DNA of 64,000 bases, from assembly GCA_013239625.1 (NCBI GenBank), contig MU056050.1, forward strand, positions 916,084 to 980,083. Direction: 5' to 3'. Below the pieces are notes generated by a model. It saw only the letters and a list, made by a program, of their open reading frames with translations. It was not told the origin of the DNA and ran no database searches. This DNA comes from Lama guanicoe (lineage: Eukaryota). Both the position numbers and the translations under genes were made by a program. Shown one piece after another: positions 12,111-25,560 of this stretch. Each line of letters begins with the position of its first letter. The first letter of the stretch is position 1.

Positions 12111-15100
12111 AATCAAAATGCGGAATGAGAATTTTCTACCATCTTCTCCAAAGAACATCAATTTTGACAATCACCTTATAGATGAGAGTGCTTTTGTGGA
12201 CATCTGAGACTCCAGGGAGGAGTTCTAGCACACCATTGGAGCAAAACAAACAAACAAAACCCCTGAGATTGGACACACTGGAGAGGGTAAAAAGAACAGT
12301 TTTACTCTACCTGCAGCACTTCTCCCTGAAGGCAGCTCAACAGCTCAGTGACAAGAGAGGCCTTCTTGGCCCATGATTTCTCCCATAGGGGAAAGTGAAA
12401 GCGTATCAGGGAACTTCCGGCTTCTCCAGCTGTGTAGGATGCTGCCGAAGAGGCCCACTACTCCTCACCCTATCCAGAATAATGAGGATGTGCTGCATGA
12501 CTGAGGGATGAGGAGCAGCTGGAAGAACAGCAACCAGCAATGTGGGAGGGCATCAAAGCGATGTAGATCCCACTGACCACTTCATAGATTTCATCAGGAA
12601 GCCTGCCCATGAGCCACTGGGGACACCTTGCCTATGTAAGTCCCCACCTGGCCCAAAGTCACCCCCCAATGCTCTGTGCACCTTACCCCACACTCTCCTT
12701 TGCCTTGTGACTCATTCCTTGTGCAAGTACTCAAAGGTGACAAGAGTGAGTCTTTGCTGATGGCTTGTGAGCACATGAGAAAGCCAGCCCAACTATGTGG
12801 GAATGGGAGAAAGCACATAAACTTGAGCATCGAGCAGTGCCCTAGGGAAAGCAAATTGAAGGCTGTCAGTGCCTGGTGTGGCTTTACAGAGTTGAGAGAA
12901 GGTGTACAATCTTTAGAATTCCTCCAAGAGGGAACAAAAGTGTGGAGCTAGAGTATTCACTGAAAAAGTCTGAGAAGGCCTCATAATCCCTAACAGGATT
13001 GACACAAGGTACATTGTCAAACCTTTAGGTAGCCTAAGAAAAAAAGAGGACTCAAATAATCAGAAATGAAAGCGGAGACATTAGAACTAGTATCACAGAA
13101 ATACAAAGAATCACAAGAAACTACTATGAATAAGTATATGCCAACAAATTGGATAACTTAAAAGAGATGGATACATTCCTAGAAACATACAACTTACCAA
13201 GACTGAATCATGAAGAAATAGAAAATCTGAGCAGACATAAATGAGTAAGGAGATAGACACAGTAATAAAATAACACCCTAAAAAGAAAAGCCCAAGACCA
13301 CATGATTTCATTGATTAATTTCAGCAAGCATTTGAAGAAGAATGAACCCTGAACCTTCTTAAATGCTTCCCCCAAAAATGAAGAGGAGAGAATACTCTCA
13401 AACTCATTTTATAAGGCCTGCATTACCCTGATACCAAAGTTAAACAAGGATCACTATATAAAAAGAAAACTATATGCCAATAACTCTGATGAATATAGAT
13501 ACAAAAATTCTTAACCAAATACTGTTAAATTTAGCAGCACATTAGAGGATAATAGAGGATTAGAGGCTAATACAACATGTCAAGTGGGATTTATCCCCAG
13601 GGTGCAAGGATGGTTTAACATAGGTAAATCAATAAATACCACATCAATAGAATAAGAGATAAAAATCATATGATCATCTAAATACAGAAGAAGCATTTGA
13701 TAAAATTCAACATATAAAAACTATCAACAAGCTGGATATAGAAGGAACGTACATAATAAAAGTCATGTATGACGAGCCCACAGGTAACATCATATTCAGT
13801 TGTGAAAGGTTGCAAGCTTTTCCTCTAAGATCAGGGATAAGACAGGGATTCCTACTCTTGCCAGTTCTGTTCATATAGTACTTGAAGTCTTGACTAGAGC
13901 AATTAGGTAAGAAAAAGAAATGAAAAGTTCCGAAATCAAAAAGGAAGAAGTAATTATGTTTCAAAATTATCTGTTTGCCGATGATATCTTATATATAGAA
14001 AATCGTAGACTCTGTCAACATTATTAGAATACATGAATTCAGTGAAGTTGCAAGACACAAAATCAATATTCAAAAATCAAATGTGTTTCTACAGCAAACC
14101 ATCTGAAAAAGAAAGAAAACAATTCCATTTAGAATAGCATCAAAAACAATAAAATACTAAGGAGTGTTTATAGTAATACTAAGGAATTTAATCAAAGTGG
14201 TTAAAGACTATACACTGAATCTGTAAGCCATTAATGAAAGCAATTGAAGAAGACAGAAATAAATGGAAGGATATCTGAGATCATGGCTCAGAAGAATTAA
14301 TATTGTTAAAATATCTATACTACTCAAAGTCATCTGTAGATTAAATGCAATTCTTATCAAAATTTCAGTGGCATTTTTTATAGAAATAGAAAACAATTCT
14401 AAAATTTGTATGAAAGCACAAAACGCCTAGAATAGTCAAAGCAATCTTGAGAAAGAGCAACAAAGCTGGAGGCAACACACATCCTGATCTCCAGTTATAT
14501 TAGAAACCTATGTTAATCGAGACAGTATGGTACTGGCCTAAAAATAGACACAGCAGAATTGAGAGCCCCCAAATAAATCCCCGTATGTACAGTCAAGTAA
14601 TAATTGATAAGGAAGCCAAGAATATTCAATAAGGAAATGATACTTTCTTTGTTTTGAGAAAACTGGTTTTGGGAAAATTGGATATTCACTTGCAGAATAA
14701 TCAAGTTAGATCCCTATCTTACACCACTTACAAAAATAAACTCAAAAAGCACTTAAATGTAAGACCTTAAAAACATAAAAATGTTAGAAGAAAACATAGG
14801 GAAAAAACTCCTTGACTTTGGTCTCGGCAATGATTATTTAGATATGACACTAAAAGCACAAAGAAACAAAAATAAACAATTGGGACTACATCAAGCTAAA
14901 ATGTTTTTGCAAGGCAAAATAAATAATAAAATGAAATGGCAACCTCTGGAATGGGAGAAAATATTTGTAAACTACTTATCTGACAAATGGTTATATGCAA
15001 AATATATAAGGAACTCATAATTCAATAGCAAAAAACCACAAATAATACTATTAAATAATGGGCAATGGAATGGATAGACTTTCTTTTTCACCCAAAGATG

Positions 15101-16349
15101 GCATACATACAGCCATCAGGTATGTAAAATAATGCTCAATATCACTAATCATCAGGGAAATGCAAGTCAAAACCACAGTCAGATATCACCTCAGACCTCT
15201 TTGAATGGCTATTGTCAAAAAGACCAGATGAAAAATGCTTGTGAGGATGTGGAAAAAAGGGAACCCTGGTGTACTGTGTTGATGAGAATGTAAATTGGTA
15301 TAGCCACTATGGAAAATAATATAGAGGGTCCTCAAAAATTAACACTAGAATTATCAGATAATCTAGCAATCCCACTTCTGGATGCAATTGACCCTCCATG
15401 GTTCCATGGTTGTGGATGGAAAATACTTGAAAAAAAAAAATCTTTCATAGCATTCCAAAAGGCCAAACTTGAATTTGCCGTGTGCTGGCATCTAATTACA
15501 TAGCCTTTACATTGTATTTACAGCTATTTGCAAAGCACTTATATTGTCTTAGGTATTAAAAGTAATCTGGAGATGAGTTAAAGTATATGGGCAGATGTGT
15601 GTAGGTTATACTATGTCATTTTATATAAGGGATTTGAGCATACTCGGATTTTTGTATACACAGAGGGTCCTGGAATCAATCCCCTGTATATACTGGCGAA
15701 AAACGATATGCCTCTGAAGGAGATGAAATCACTATTTTGAAGAGATACCTGTACTCCTGTGTTCATTGAAGCATTATTCACAACAGCCAAGTCGTGGAAA
15801 CAATGTTAAGTGTCCATTGACAGATGAACAGACAAAGGAATCTTGGTGTATATATTCACATATGATGGAATATTTTTCATAATAAAATCAGGAAATCCCC
15901 CATTTGCAACAACATATATGGACCTTGAGGGCATTTTGCTAAGTGAAATAAGTCAGGCAGAGAAAGGGAAATACTGCTTGATCTCACTTATGTATGGCTT
16001 TTTACAAAAGCCAAAATCAGAGACAGAGTAGAATGGGTGCCATGGTGGGGGTGGGGAATAGGGAGATGTTGGTCAAAAGGTACAGATTTCCAGTTACAAT
16101 ATGAATAAGTTCTGGGAATCTAATATACAGCATGGTGACTATAGTTAACAGTACTGTATTACATACTTGAGAGTTGCTCAGAGAGTAGATCTTAAATGTT
16201 CTCACTAAATGGTAACTATGTGAGGTGATGGATGTGTTAACTAATATTATTGTTGTAATCATTTCAGAGTATATATGTGTGTCAAGTCATCATGTTGTAC
16301 ACCTTAAAATGACAGTTTTATTTTACTTATGTCTCAGTAAAGCTGGGAA
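12111..16349 (+). mobile_element. LINE-1 (L1MA9-like): 5' UTR + partial ORF2 + 3' UTR, lacking ORF1 and the endonuclease domain
   Basis: Starts aatcaaaatgcggaatgag (L1 5' end), joins ORF2 near 13010 (attgtcaaacctttag, IDKPL region); ORF2 peptides LEENIGKKLLDFGLGND and MDLEGILLSEISQAEK; ends cagtaaagctgggaaaa; candidate TSD aaagtgactttt (12099-12110) / aaaatgactttt (16350-16361). Confidence 0.92.
15385..15705 (-). mobile_element. Tigger-family MITE (MER2-like) nested in L1 ORF2
   Basis: ggtattaaaagtaatctggagatgagttaaagtatatggg, gggatttgagcat and gggtcctggaatcaatcccc; the L1 sequence stops at atcccacttctgg and resumes at ctgaaggagatgaaatc. Confidence 0.85.
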
Positions 16350-16499
16350 AAAATGACTTTTTTGTATATATATTAGTCTTCTAAACAAATTTCTTGAGAG
16401 TGTGAACTGTGTTTTTAAGCGTATTTTCCCTAAGGAAAATTACCACATAGTGCACAGTAAACATTTCTTTACTTAATAATAAAAATAATCATATATGAT

Positions 16500-16750
16500 A
16501 TTCATTGAGCACTTATATTCAGGTATTATTCTAGGAACTGTAATACCTTATTTAATCCTAACCACAATCTTGTGATGTAAATACCATTATTTCATGTAAA
16601 ATAATACCTGGCATATGACAAGACTCAATAAGTGTTAACTATTATAATTATCATCACTATCATAATCATCCCCAAATTACATGAAAAAGTCACACAGATA
16701 GTTAAATGGCAGAACTAGAATTTGAATCCCAGGTACTGGACTACTACTCA
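16500..16750 (-). mobile_element. MIR SINE(s)
   Basis: cattgagcacttata, tttaatcctaaccacaatcttgtga, aagtcacacagatagttaaatggcagaactagaatttgaatccc. Confidence 0.55.
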
Positions 16751-17328
16751 TACATTACTTGTCTATAAACAAGGCAGTAGTGGCAATGGAAACAGTTATG
16801 GAGATGTCCTTGTGGTTTGGCTGGTCCAAAATTAGTTTATATGTAGAGAAAGGGCCATAGACTCTTTAACCAGAGAATGATGAAAAATTTCATTAAGATT
16901 TGGCAAGGTGAAGAATAGTTACACATTGTAGAGAAGAGAGTGATAGTTTGACAGGACATTTATCACCACAGAATCAGCTGAAATATAAATCTGTGGCCAT
17001 TTGCAATAGAACCTGACCAAAGCTTAGATAGGAAATAGGTAACCAGTTTCTGGATTTTCGGGAACAGAGAAATATACATGCTATTCTCCACTAAGTATGG
17101 ATAGTAGCTGGCTCTTATGATACAGCAGTCTAAGAACCAAGGCGAGAAAACAAACTGAACAGTTGGACTAAGCACTGCTCTTTAGATGTTGCTGGGCTGT
17201 ATTTTTGTAAATGAACTGCAGCAGTACCTTTATCAATAGGACAGTCATGTCGTACCAGGCTGAAAGGCTTGTATATGTACCATATGAACAGGGATTTAAC
17301 AATAATTATATATTGTATTTGTAGGTTG

Positions 17329-17552
17329 CATTGGTTTTCAAACTGTGTTCTTCAGAGCTATCGAGGTTTTTGAAAACCCCTCTCAAAAGCTGTGAGAGTA
17401 GGGGAGGGAGTTAGTGGGCAGCATTTCAGGCCACCTACTTCCACATTAACCAAATCATCTCCACTTTAATCTTCTTATATATTGGATTTCTGAATGACAT
17501 TTGAGTTGACTAGAAGGATCTGTCTGCAGCTAAAGTTATTTTCAGAATCATT
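17329..17552 (+). mobile_element. hAT-Charlie MITE (MER103C-like)
   Basis: cattggttttcaaactgtgttc ... ctccactttaatcttcttatatattgg ... ttttcagaatcatt. Confidence 0.65.
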
Positions 17553-17589
17553 TAGCTTTAGTCACTTAGTTATTTCACATAATTTCCCA

Positions 17590-17735
17590 GTAATTGTCTT
17601 GGTTATCTTTTTTTATAGTTGAGAAAGCAGAAGATCAGAGAATTGAGGTAATTTGCCTAGGATCACAAACTAGTAAATTGTTGATCTGGGACTCACACTG
17701 TTTTTAATTTCAAGTACAGTTTTTCCACTGCACCC
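17590..17735 (-). mobile_element. MIR SINE
   Basis: tagttgagaaagcagaagatcagagaattgaggtaatttgcctaggatcacaaactagtaa, MIR core. Confidence 0.6.
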
Positions 17736-17782
17736 ATAAAGGCTGCTTGTGGGGCAGTACATATACATTGTTGACATTAAGT

Positions 17783-19315
17783 ATTTTTCCCAAGTTTATT
17801 GAGGTATAATTAACAAGTAAAATTGTAATATATATAACATGTTTATTGTGATGATTTGATATTGTTTACATTTTGAAAGGAGTCCCACCATCAAGTTAAC
17901 ATATCCATTACCTCACATAGTTAACTTGTTTAAGATACACTTAAGATACACTCTTAGCAAATTTCAGTATTTTTTTTGATATAGTATTATCAACTATAGT
18001 CATGATGCTACTACACATATTCTCAAAGATTATTTATCTTATAACTAAGAGTTTGTACCCTTTTACTAGTGTCTCCACATTTCCCGTACCTGTCAGCCCC
18101 TGACAACCACCATTCTCTCTGTTTCTGTGAGTTCAACTGTTTTCTTTCTTTCTTTCTTTTGGTTCGACATGTAAGTGGAATTATTGTACTATTTGTCTTT
18201 CTCTATCTGGTATATAATGCCCTCAAGGTTTATCCATGATGTTGCAAATGACAAGATTTCCTTATTTTTAAAGGCTGAATAATATTCTATTGTGTTGTGT
18301 ACAAAAGGTGTACAAACACATTTTCTTTATCTTTTCATCCATAGGTGGGCACTTAGGTTGTTTTCATATCTTGGCTATTGTGGATTTATTGCAAAAAACA
18401 TGGGGTTGGAGATATCTCTTTGATCTAGTGATTTCATTTCCTTTGGATATATACTCAGAAGTGAGATTCCTGGATCATACGGTAGTTCTATTTTAATTTT
18501 CTTTAGGAACCTCCATACTGGTTTCCATAGTGGCTGCACCAATTTACATGGCCACACACAGTGTACATGGTTTCCTTTTTTCTCACATCCTTGGCAACCT
18601 TTGTTATCTCTTGTCTTTTTATAATGGGCAGCAGATGTGAGATAATATCTCATTGTGGTTTTGATTTGCATTTCCTTGGTGATTTGTGATGTTGAGCATC
18701 CTTTCATATACTTGTTGATCATTTATCTTTCTTCCTTGGGGATATGTCTATTCAGATCATTGGTCTATTTTTTTTATTTGACTAGTTTTGTTACTGAGTT
18801 GCATGAATTTCTGATACATTTTGGATATTAACTCCTTATCAGATACATGGTTTTCAAATATTTTTCACATTCTATAGGTTTCTTTTTTATTCTGTTGATG
18901 ATTTTCTTTGCTGAACAGAAACTTTTTAAATTTGATGTTGTCCCACTTACTTGTTTTTGCTTTTTTGCCTTTGGTTTTGATATCAAATCTACAAAATCAT
19001 CGCTAAGACCAATGTCAAGGAACTTCTAGGAGTTTTATGGTTTCAGGTCTTACATTCAAGTCTCTAATCCATTTTGAGTTGACTTTTGTGTATGGTGTAA
19101 GACAGGCATCCAATTTCTTTCCTTTTTTTTTTTTTTGCGAGTGAATATCCATTTTTCCTAGTACCATTTATTGAAGAGACCATCCTTTCCCTATTGTGTA
19201 TTTTTGGTGTCTTTGTCAAAAATTAATAGACCATGTATGCATGGGTTTATTACTGGGCTTTTGATTCTGTTGTATTTATCTAAGTATCTGTTTTTATATG
19301 GCAGTGCTATTTGAC
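17783..19315 (-). mobile_element. 5'-truncated LINE-1 (L1MA9-like), ORF2 C-terminus + 3' UTR
   Basis: ORF 18375-18722(-) gives [13 protein letters not shown] and CKLVQPLWKPVWRFLKKIKIELPYDPGISLLSIYPKEMKS, the ORF2p C-terminal region. Confidence 0.9.
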
Positions 19316-19399
19316 TTTCTAGTAGAGCATGGATATAAAGACTTAGGGAAAGAACATAAAGAATGCTCTTGGCTCCAGAGAAGTTTCTGTTGACTTCCA

Positions 19400-20800
19400 T
19401 CACCACATCTCCCCACCTACCAGAATTTGTACTCATTTTCTCTGCCTTCCTGCTAGTTAGAATAGATGAATTTCCCTGGGCTCCTCATTAAACTAGTCTA
19501 TTCAATTTTGCACTAGATCATAACCCTTTTCGCCTTGTCAAGAACATTACGTCAACAATTCTCTCCTCTCTCCCCCATTATCAATTTTTCTTCCTCTTTG
19601 GTTATTCCTCTCTAAATACAAATGTGCTCCTTCTCCCATCTTAAAATAGACCAATCTCTTGAATCTACTCCCCTATGCTCCACCACCTTCCACCTAATTT
19701 CTCTGTTCTTCTTTGCTGCAAAACTCCTGAAAGTTGTCTATACTTCATCTCTAAATCCTTTTCTCTTAGTGTCTTCTGAACCCATGCAATCAGACTTTTC
19801 CCTTTGTGACTCCAATGATAGAATTTTTGTAAAGATCATTGATGTCCTTCATCTTGATAAATGCAGAGGTAAATTCTCAGCTTTCATCCTACTTGTTTCA
19901 TTAGGAGCAATATATTCTTCTTGATACACTTCTATCATTTGGCTTCCAGGAAATCACACACTCTTTGTCTCCCTTCTCCATTACCTCATTGACCATCTAT
20001 CTCTGTCTCCTTTGCTTGTCTTACCCATCTTCTTCTTCATGACCTCGTAATCTGAGAGTGCCCTTGACCTTAGTCCTGGGTCCTCTTCTCTATTTACACC
20101 CATTCTCTTGGTGATCCATTTAGCCTCAAATCTTTAACTGCTATCTATAGGTCGAGGACACCAATGTTTCCTTATTCAGTCCAGACCTCTGTCCCAAATT
20201 CCAGACTTTTACATTTAACTGCTTACCCAGTGTTTTTCCTTTGTTACCTAATAGGATCTCAAAACTGAACTCCTGAAACCTCCTATGTCTTTCTCCTCTC
20301 TGTAAATGGCAACTCCATATACTCATTTAGATGAACAACTTACATTCTCCCCTCTCTCCTTTCTTTAACTGACCATATTTAATTCTTCAGGAAATCCTGC
20401 TGACTTTACCTTCAAAATATAACCAGAATGTATCCATTTCTTGCTGTCTCCACTGCTATTATTATTGCCTGAGCCACCATCATCTCTCACCAGGATTATT
20501 TCAGTAGCCTTCCATCTGGTCTTCCTGCTTCCGTTCTTGTAACTCTATAATCTGTTATCAATGCGACAGCCAGAGTATCCTATTCAAAGATAAGTCAGAT
20601 GATCCCATTCTTCTCTTTAGTACTTTGCGTCTCTCAGTGTGAGAAGTCAAGCCCTACAAAGCAGCACTTGATATGCTCCCATCTGCCTCTGAATTCATTT
20701 TCTATTTCTCTGCCCTCATCACTCATTGTTTTCCAGGTATACCAGCATTCCTGCTCTGCCTTGAGCATGCCAATCATGCTAGCCTTTGTATTTGCATTAG
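19400..20800 (+). mobile_element. LINE-2, long 3' portion
   Basis: Typical L2 motifs: aattctcagctttcatcctactt, ttggcttccagg, tctaccttcaaaatat-like tttaccttcaaaatataacc, gccaccatcatctctcaccaggattatt. Confidence 0.8.
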
Positions 20801-23169
20801 ATAGGGTGCCTGTGGTAAGGTGACACTTCATAGGAGAGGTTACAAATACCTGAGAGTATTCTGAGTTTCACATCTTGCTTGACTGGCCTTGTTCTATTTA
20901 TGATCTTCTCCTTCCTGTTAATGCTTCAGTTTCCCTATATTTTTCTTGAACGTGATTAATCCTGGATACAAGAGAGCCTTTAGAGGTAGTTCTGTTTTGT
21001 GTCTTGCTCAAAACAGAACTGGAGAAGGTGAAAGTCTACTTTTCATTTCCTCATTTTCATCTTAGGGGCCTCTTTGCCCCTTTTTAGTGCGAGGGACAGG
21101 GAAGTGAACCCACAACTTGATTTACATTTCTAATTTCTGTTCATGAATAACAAGGATATTAAAAGCTCTCTGATAGGACATAAATTTGGCCCTGGGTTAT
21201 TCTTGGTGAAAGAAACTCCTATGCTAAAAGGACTGTTCTAAAATAATATTCTTCCTCTTGAGATAATATAAGAAGTTTTTTTTTTTAGTTTCAGGGGGGT
21301 CTCTGTCCTTCTGAGCCAAAAGAAATCCTCAGGGCTGTCAAAATGCCAAGATTGACCCTAAAAATATCCTGCTCTGATTGCTTAGTCTCTGAGTTGTAAG
21401 GGATAGCAGAGATTATCGAGTTCACTTCACAGAGGAGTTTTAAAAGTAAAGTTACATTATGTATTTTGTTTTAACTCTTTAAAATGTTATGGAAATGCAA
21501 ATCAAGGTAGGTCCAAAGTTTTAGTAGTAATTGACTCATGTGTCCCATGAATAAGTAGTGGGAGTATAAAGGTAAGCTTCACATCAGATACTCTTTATTT
21601 TATAGTGTCCAACTTGATGACCAGCTGGGGCTGGAGCAAGAATTACCCCCAGGGGATAATGTTGGACAATGCATTATGGTGAAATTTCTATTGTGTTCTA
21701 AAGTTGCAAATTTTGACCATTACACCTAGTGGAATAAAGGTCTAGAAGGCTTAGAGATGGACATTGGACCCATAACTGCTATACTTCTGTATCACAAAAT
21801 ACTGATATTACAATTGTGTAATAATAAGAAATATTAGCACTGTATCTGTTGACACTTTGATTTTTGCTGTGTTCTTGTTTATTGAGATACATAAATTAAA
21901 GATGTACTTACTTTGAAATCATAGCGAAGTGCATTGCTCTGCTAATTAATTATCTCAAGAAATCCACATTCTTTTTACTTGCATCAAAACATTCAACCTC
22001 CCTGGAAGAGATTGGCATAAAGCTTCTTTTGTTTTTCCTTAGAAGAAAGTAATTTTATGTTTATTTCCCAAACCTAAGAACTGGAGTCCCATCTTTTCCC
22101 CAGCTGGCTCCATTCTAGGTACCGCTTAGGTTTATGCTCTTAATGTACCATGGTACTTTACAAATGGAACTTTTCTCATCCTGTTCAGGATGATGATGCA
22201 GGCAGTTAGGAGAAGTTTGCAATGTTGTGAGAATTTAAAGAATTTTGGTGGACAGATATATATATCCCCTCTTTGGGAAGTTGCTACTTATTTTTGTGAT
22301 TGCCAGTGGTGATGATAGATTACTCCTAGTATGGTGAGTGTTCTCCAAGATCTTATGTTGCTTCATTTGGTACTTGGCACCCTGGAGTTAGAGTGTGTAT
22401 GAAATGTGGACAGTTTCTTCCTCCTCTGATAGACTACAAGAGTAATATGCCATGAAATTATACCAAGTCACAGGCATAAGAAGGATTACAGAAACAGTAA
22501 ACAAAGAGGAAGCAGTGCTTAGTATGGTCGTTGATATATAAGCATTCAATAAATTCTTATTGAATAAATGAATGAAGTAGTATTAAACATATACTGAGTT
22601 TCTACTAGTGGTTGTCACCATGTAGTTGGTTCCTTATTTACCAGAAAAGAACTACACATTGAGGCTTTTCCTTTGGTTTGGGAAAACAAACCCATAATAG
22701 GGCTTGAAAACAATTAGGAAACAAATAGAGACTAGTACAGATCAAACCATCTGGCAAATTCAAGGCCCATACAGATCAGGCTGAATATTTGGGATCTTGT
22801 GGGGAATGTGTCTAGCTACCTATAGGATTTGGGAGCTTAGTAGCTTAATGTTTTGACTTAAGATTCTTATATCATTTACTGAATCTCTCTTCTTAGATCT
22901 GAGATAGAAAATGGAAAAATAGTAGTCTTCATGCCTGATAGCATTAGCCTATAATTGTTCTCCTCAATCCCAACATATTGATAAGTATATGAATATGCAT
23001 ATGCATATATTTATTAGACATTTTGCCCTGGGCCAGACTTAGGTAAACTGTTTCTCAATTGGCATTTTTCTCCTCTATTACCAATGCTATATTTGAATGC
23101 ATTATTGTCTTTTGTGCCAAAGTGCTTGCAGAATATCTATAACCTGCCATGTTACATGTCCTGTCCATG

Positions 23170-25560
23170 TCAGACGTTTTTAGTTGTGTTTAATTGGCAA
23201 TTCCAGTGATTTGGAAATGTACTGATACATGCAGATCCTTACTGATGGACATTTTGATTGTTTCCAAAGATTTTCTTTTTCAAAAATTCTACAATGAGCA
23301 TTTCTATACATGTGCAGAAATGGGAGAGTTTCTCTCGGGTACTCATATAGAAATTGGAATAACTGAGTCATAGTGTATACATATCTTCAATTTTACTAGA
23401 TATTGCTGGCTGATACCCCCACCTGGGATCTGTAAGCAGTTACCTTTCTCTCTATCCAATACTTGTATTATCTTTTTCTGTGTTATCAATGTGACTTTTT
23501 GTTTGTCTTGTTTAAGAAATTCTTACCTGCCACAATGTTATAGTTATTATCCTATAATTATGTGTTCATGGTGTCTGCTAGTGCTCAAATTTTATATTTT
23601 CTGTATATATAACCAATAGTCCTATTTCAGTTTAATAAATAGCCCATTTTCTTTCTGTTGATTTGTGATGCCTTCTTTATCATAAACCATATTTCTGCAT
23701 GTAATTGAGTCTACTTTTGCTCTCTTTCTTTGCACCCATTAGCCTGCTTATCTACTCTGGGTCAAGAACACATTGACTTATGAAGCATTATAGTAAATCA
23801 CAGTGTATTATAGAGCTTTGTATTTACTCCTTATTCTTCAAAATTTTTCTTGCCTATCCCTTACAAATTTTGAAGTCAGCTTCTCGAGTTCCAAGAGAAA
23901 GTCTATTGATGATGTTAAATTTGCATTAATTTTATAGATTAATTTGGGAAGGAGATATAACTTCATGCTATTGAATATTTCCATCAGTGAATATGGTACA
24001 ACTTTCAACATATTAAATATTAAGCAACATATTTACTCTCCTCCCAAACAATTCAAGGAGCTTACCAGCTCCTCCCATTGTTTATGTAATAGCTATTTAA
24101 TATTTTAGTTTTACTTTATTTTTAAACATAATTGGTCATTATTATGTGTATTGCTTATGCCTAATTTTATTTACATTTGCCCTTGTTTTTCACTACTTTC
24201 TTTGTTCATTATGGCCTTTTGTATTGTACTTCTTCCCTTTGGTCATAGTTCCTTTCTTACTGAATTGCTCTCTTTAGTAGTTTTTCTAGGGAAAGTCCAT
24301 GAGTAGCAAAAGTAACATTTCCTTTTCTGTAAATGCCTTTAATGTCTAGGTGTGTGTTTATTTTTTATTCTCTTTATACACCTCAAATATGATTGTCTTC
24401 AATTTTGGAAAAGTCAACACCAATATCTGCCTATCTTATATTGTTTCTAGTATCTCTTTCTAGGACTCAACTTAGATCTTCTCATTTTGTCTTTAACATC
24501 TCTTGAACTCCCTTTCAAAATCTCTACCGTTTCATTTCTGTGTGTTGTGTTTTAGATAATTTTTTCAGGCCTAGCTTTCATACTATAAATTTTTTCTTGT
24601 GTCTCATTTGTTGTTCAACTTGGTTATGGAGTTTTTAATTATAATACCTTTTAAAAAAAACTAGAGTTCTATTTGGTTATTTTTTTAAATGACCATTGTT
24701 ATTGCTTTTATCCTTATTCCATATGCCTTCCATTTCTTCTTTTATTTCTTCAATCATTTAAAATATACATATTTTATGGTTTATCTCGAATTGCTCCATT
24801 TCAAGCTCTTTGAGGTACTAATCCTTCTGTGTGTTTTGACTGATGTCTCTCTCCTAATAGAATGTTTCTTCATGTAGTTTGTAATTCTTCCTTTAGAAGC
24901 TCATTTTTTATTTACTTGGAGGGGTAGGGGATGGGAAGCACTGAGTTTCAATGTGATTGTGCTTGTAGAAGTGTTATATCAATAGTCATGTATTTTCTTC
25001 TGCACAGAGCCCCAGGAGTTTCTCCATTTTAAAACCTTCATGTTAAATTCATGCTTCAGGGTTTCCCCCTACTATGTGTGTATTTTAAATTCAGATCTGA
25101 CCCTTGTATGGCACATACGTAGGAACTTTGATTTCTTCTGGGAGACGTTTTCCCTACCCTGAACCCCAGTTAATCAAAATTCTAATTTTCCTCCCCAAAG
25201 CTGATGAGAGGGACTTTTCTAGTTGACCTTTAACTCAAAGGACAATGGTACCATGTTCTTACCTTTATGTCTTGGGCCTAAGGTCACCCCTTGTCCTTCA
25301 GTAGGCATTACAGTCCTACACCCTAGAACCTATAAGTAGTCAGCTCACCCCCTGGGCTGCCTAAGCTTCTGCTCAAGTGTTAATTGCTCTTATTTTAAGG
25401 TCTGTCTACTTATTTTACAGTTACGAACTTTACTTTCTTTTTTCATACTCAGTCATTTAATTTTTAAAATATATATTTGACCTAACAGTTCCACGTGTTT
25501 TTAAAAGGTAGGGTGCGGTTGCCATGTTAGCTCAGTTTTCCATGTTGCTGTAACCGTCTT
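23170..25560 (-). mobile_element. Ancient L1ME-type fragments (3' end, ORF2 pieces, ORF1/5' region)
   Basis: ORF 23180-23371(-) contains WKQSKCPS; further degenerate antisense L1 motifs such as tttatagattaatttgggaagg. Confidence 0.6.
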
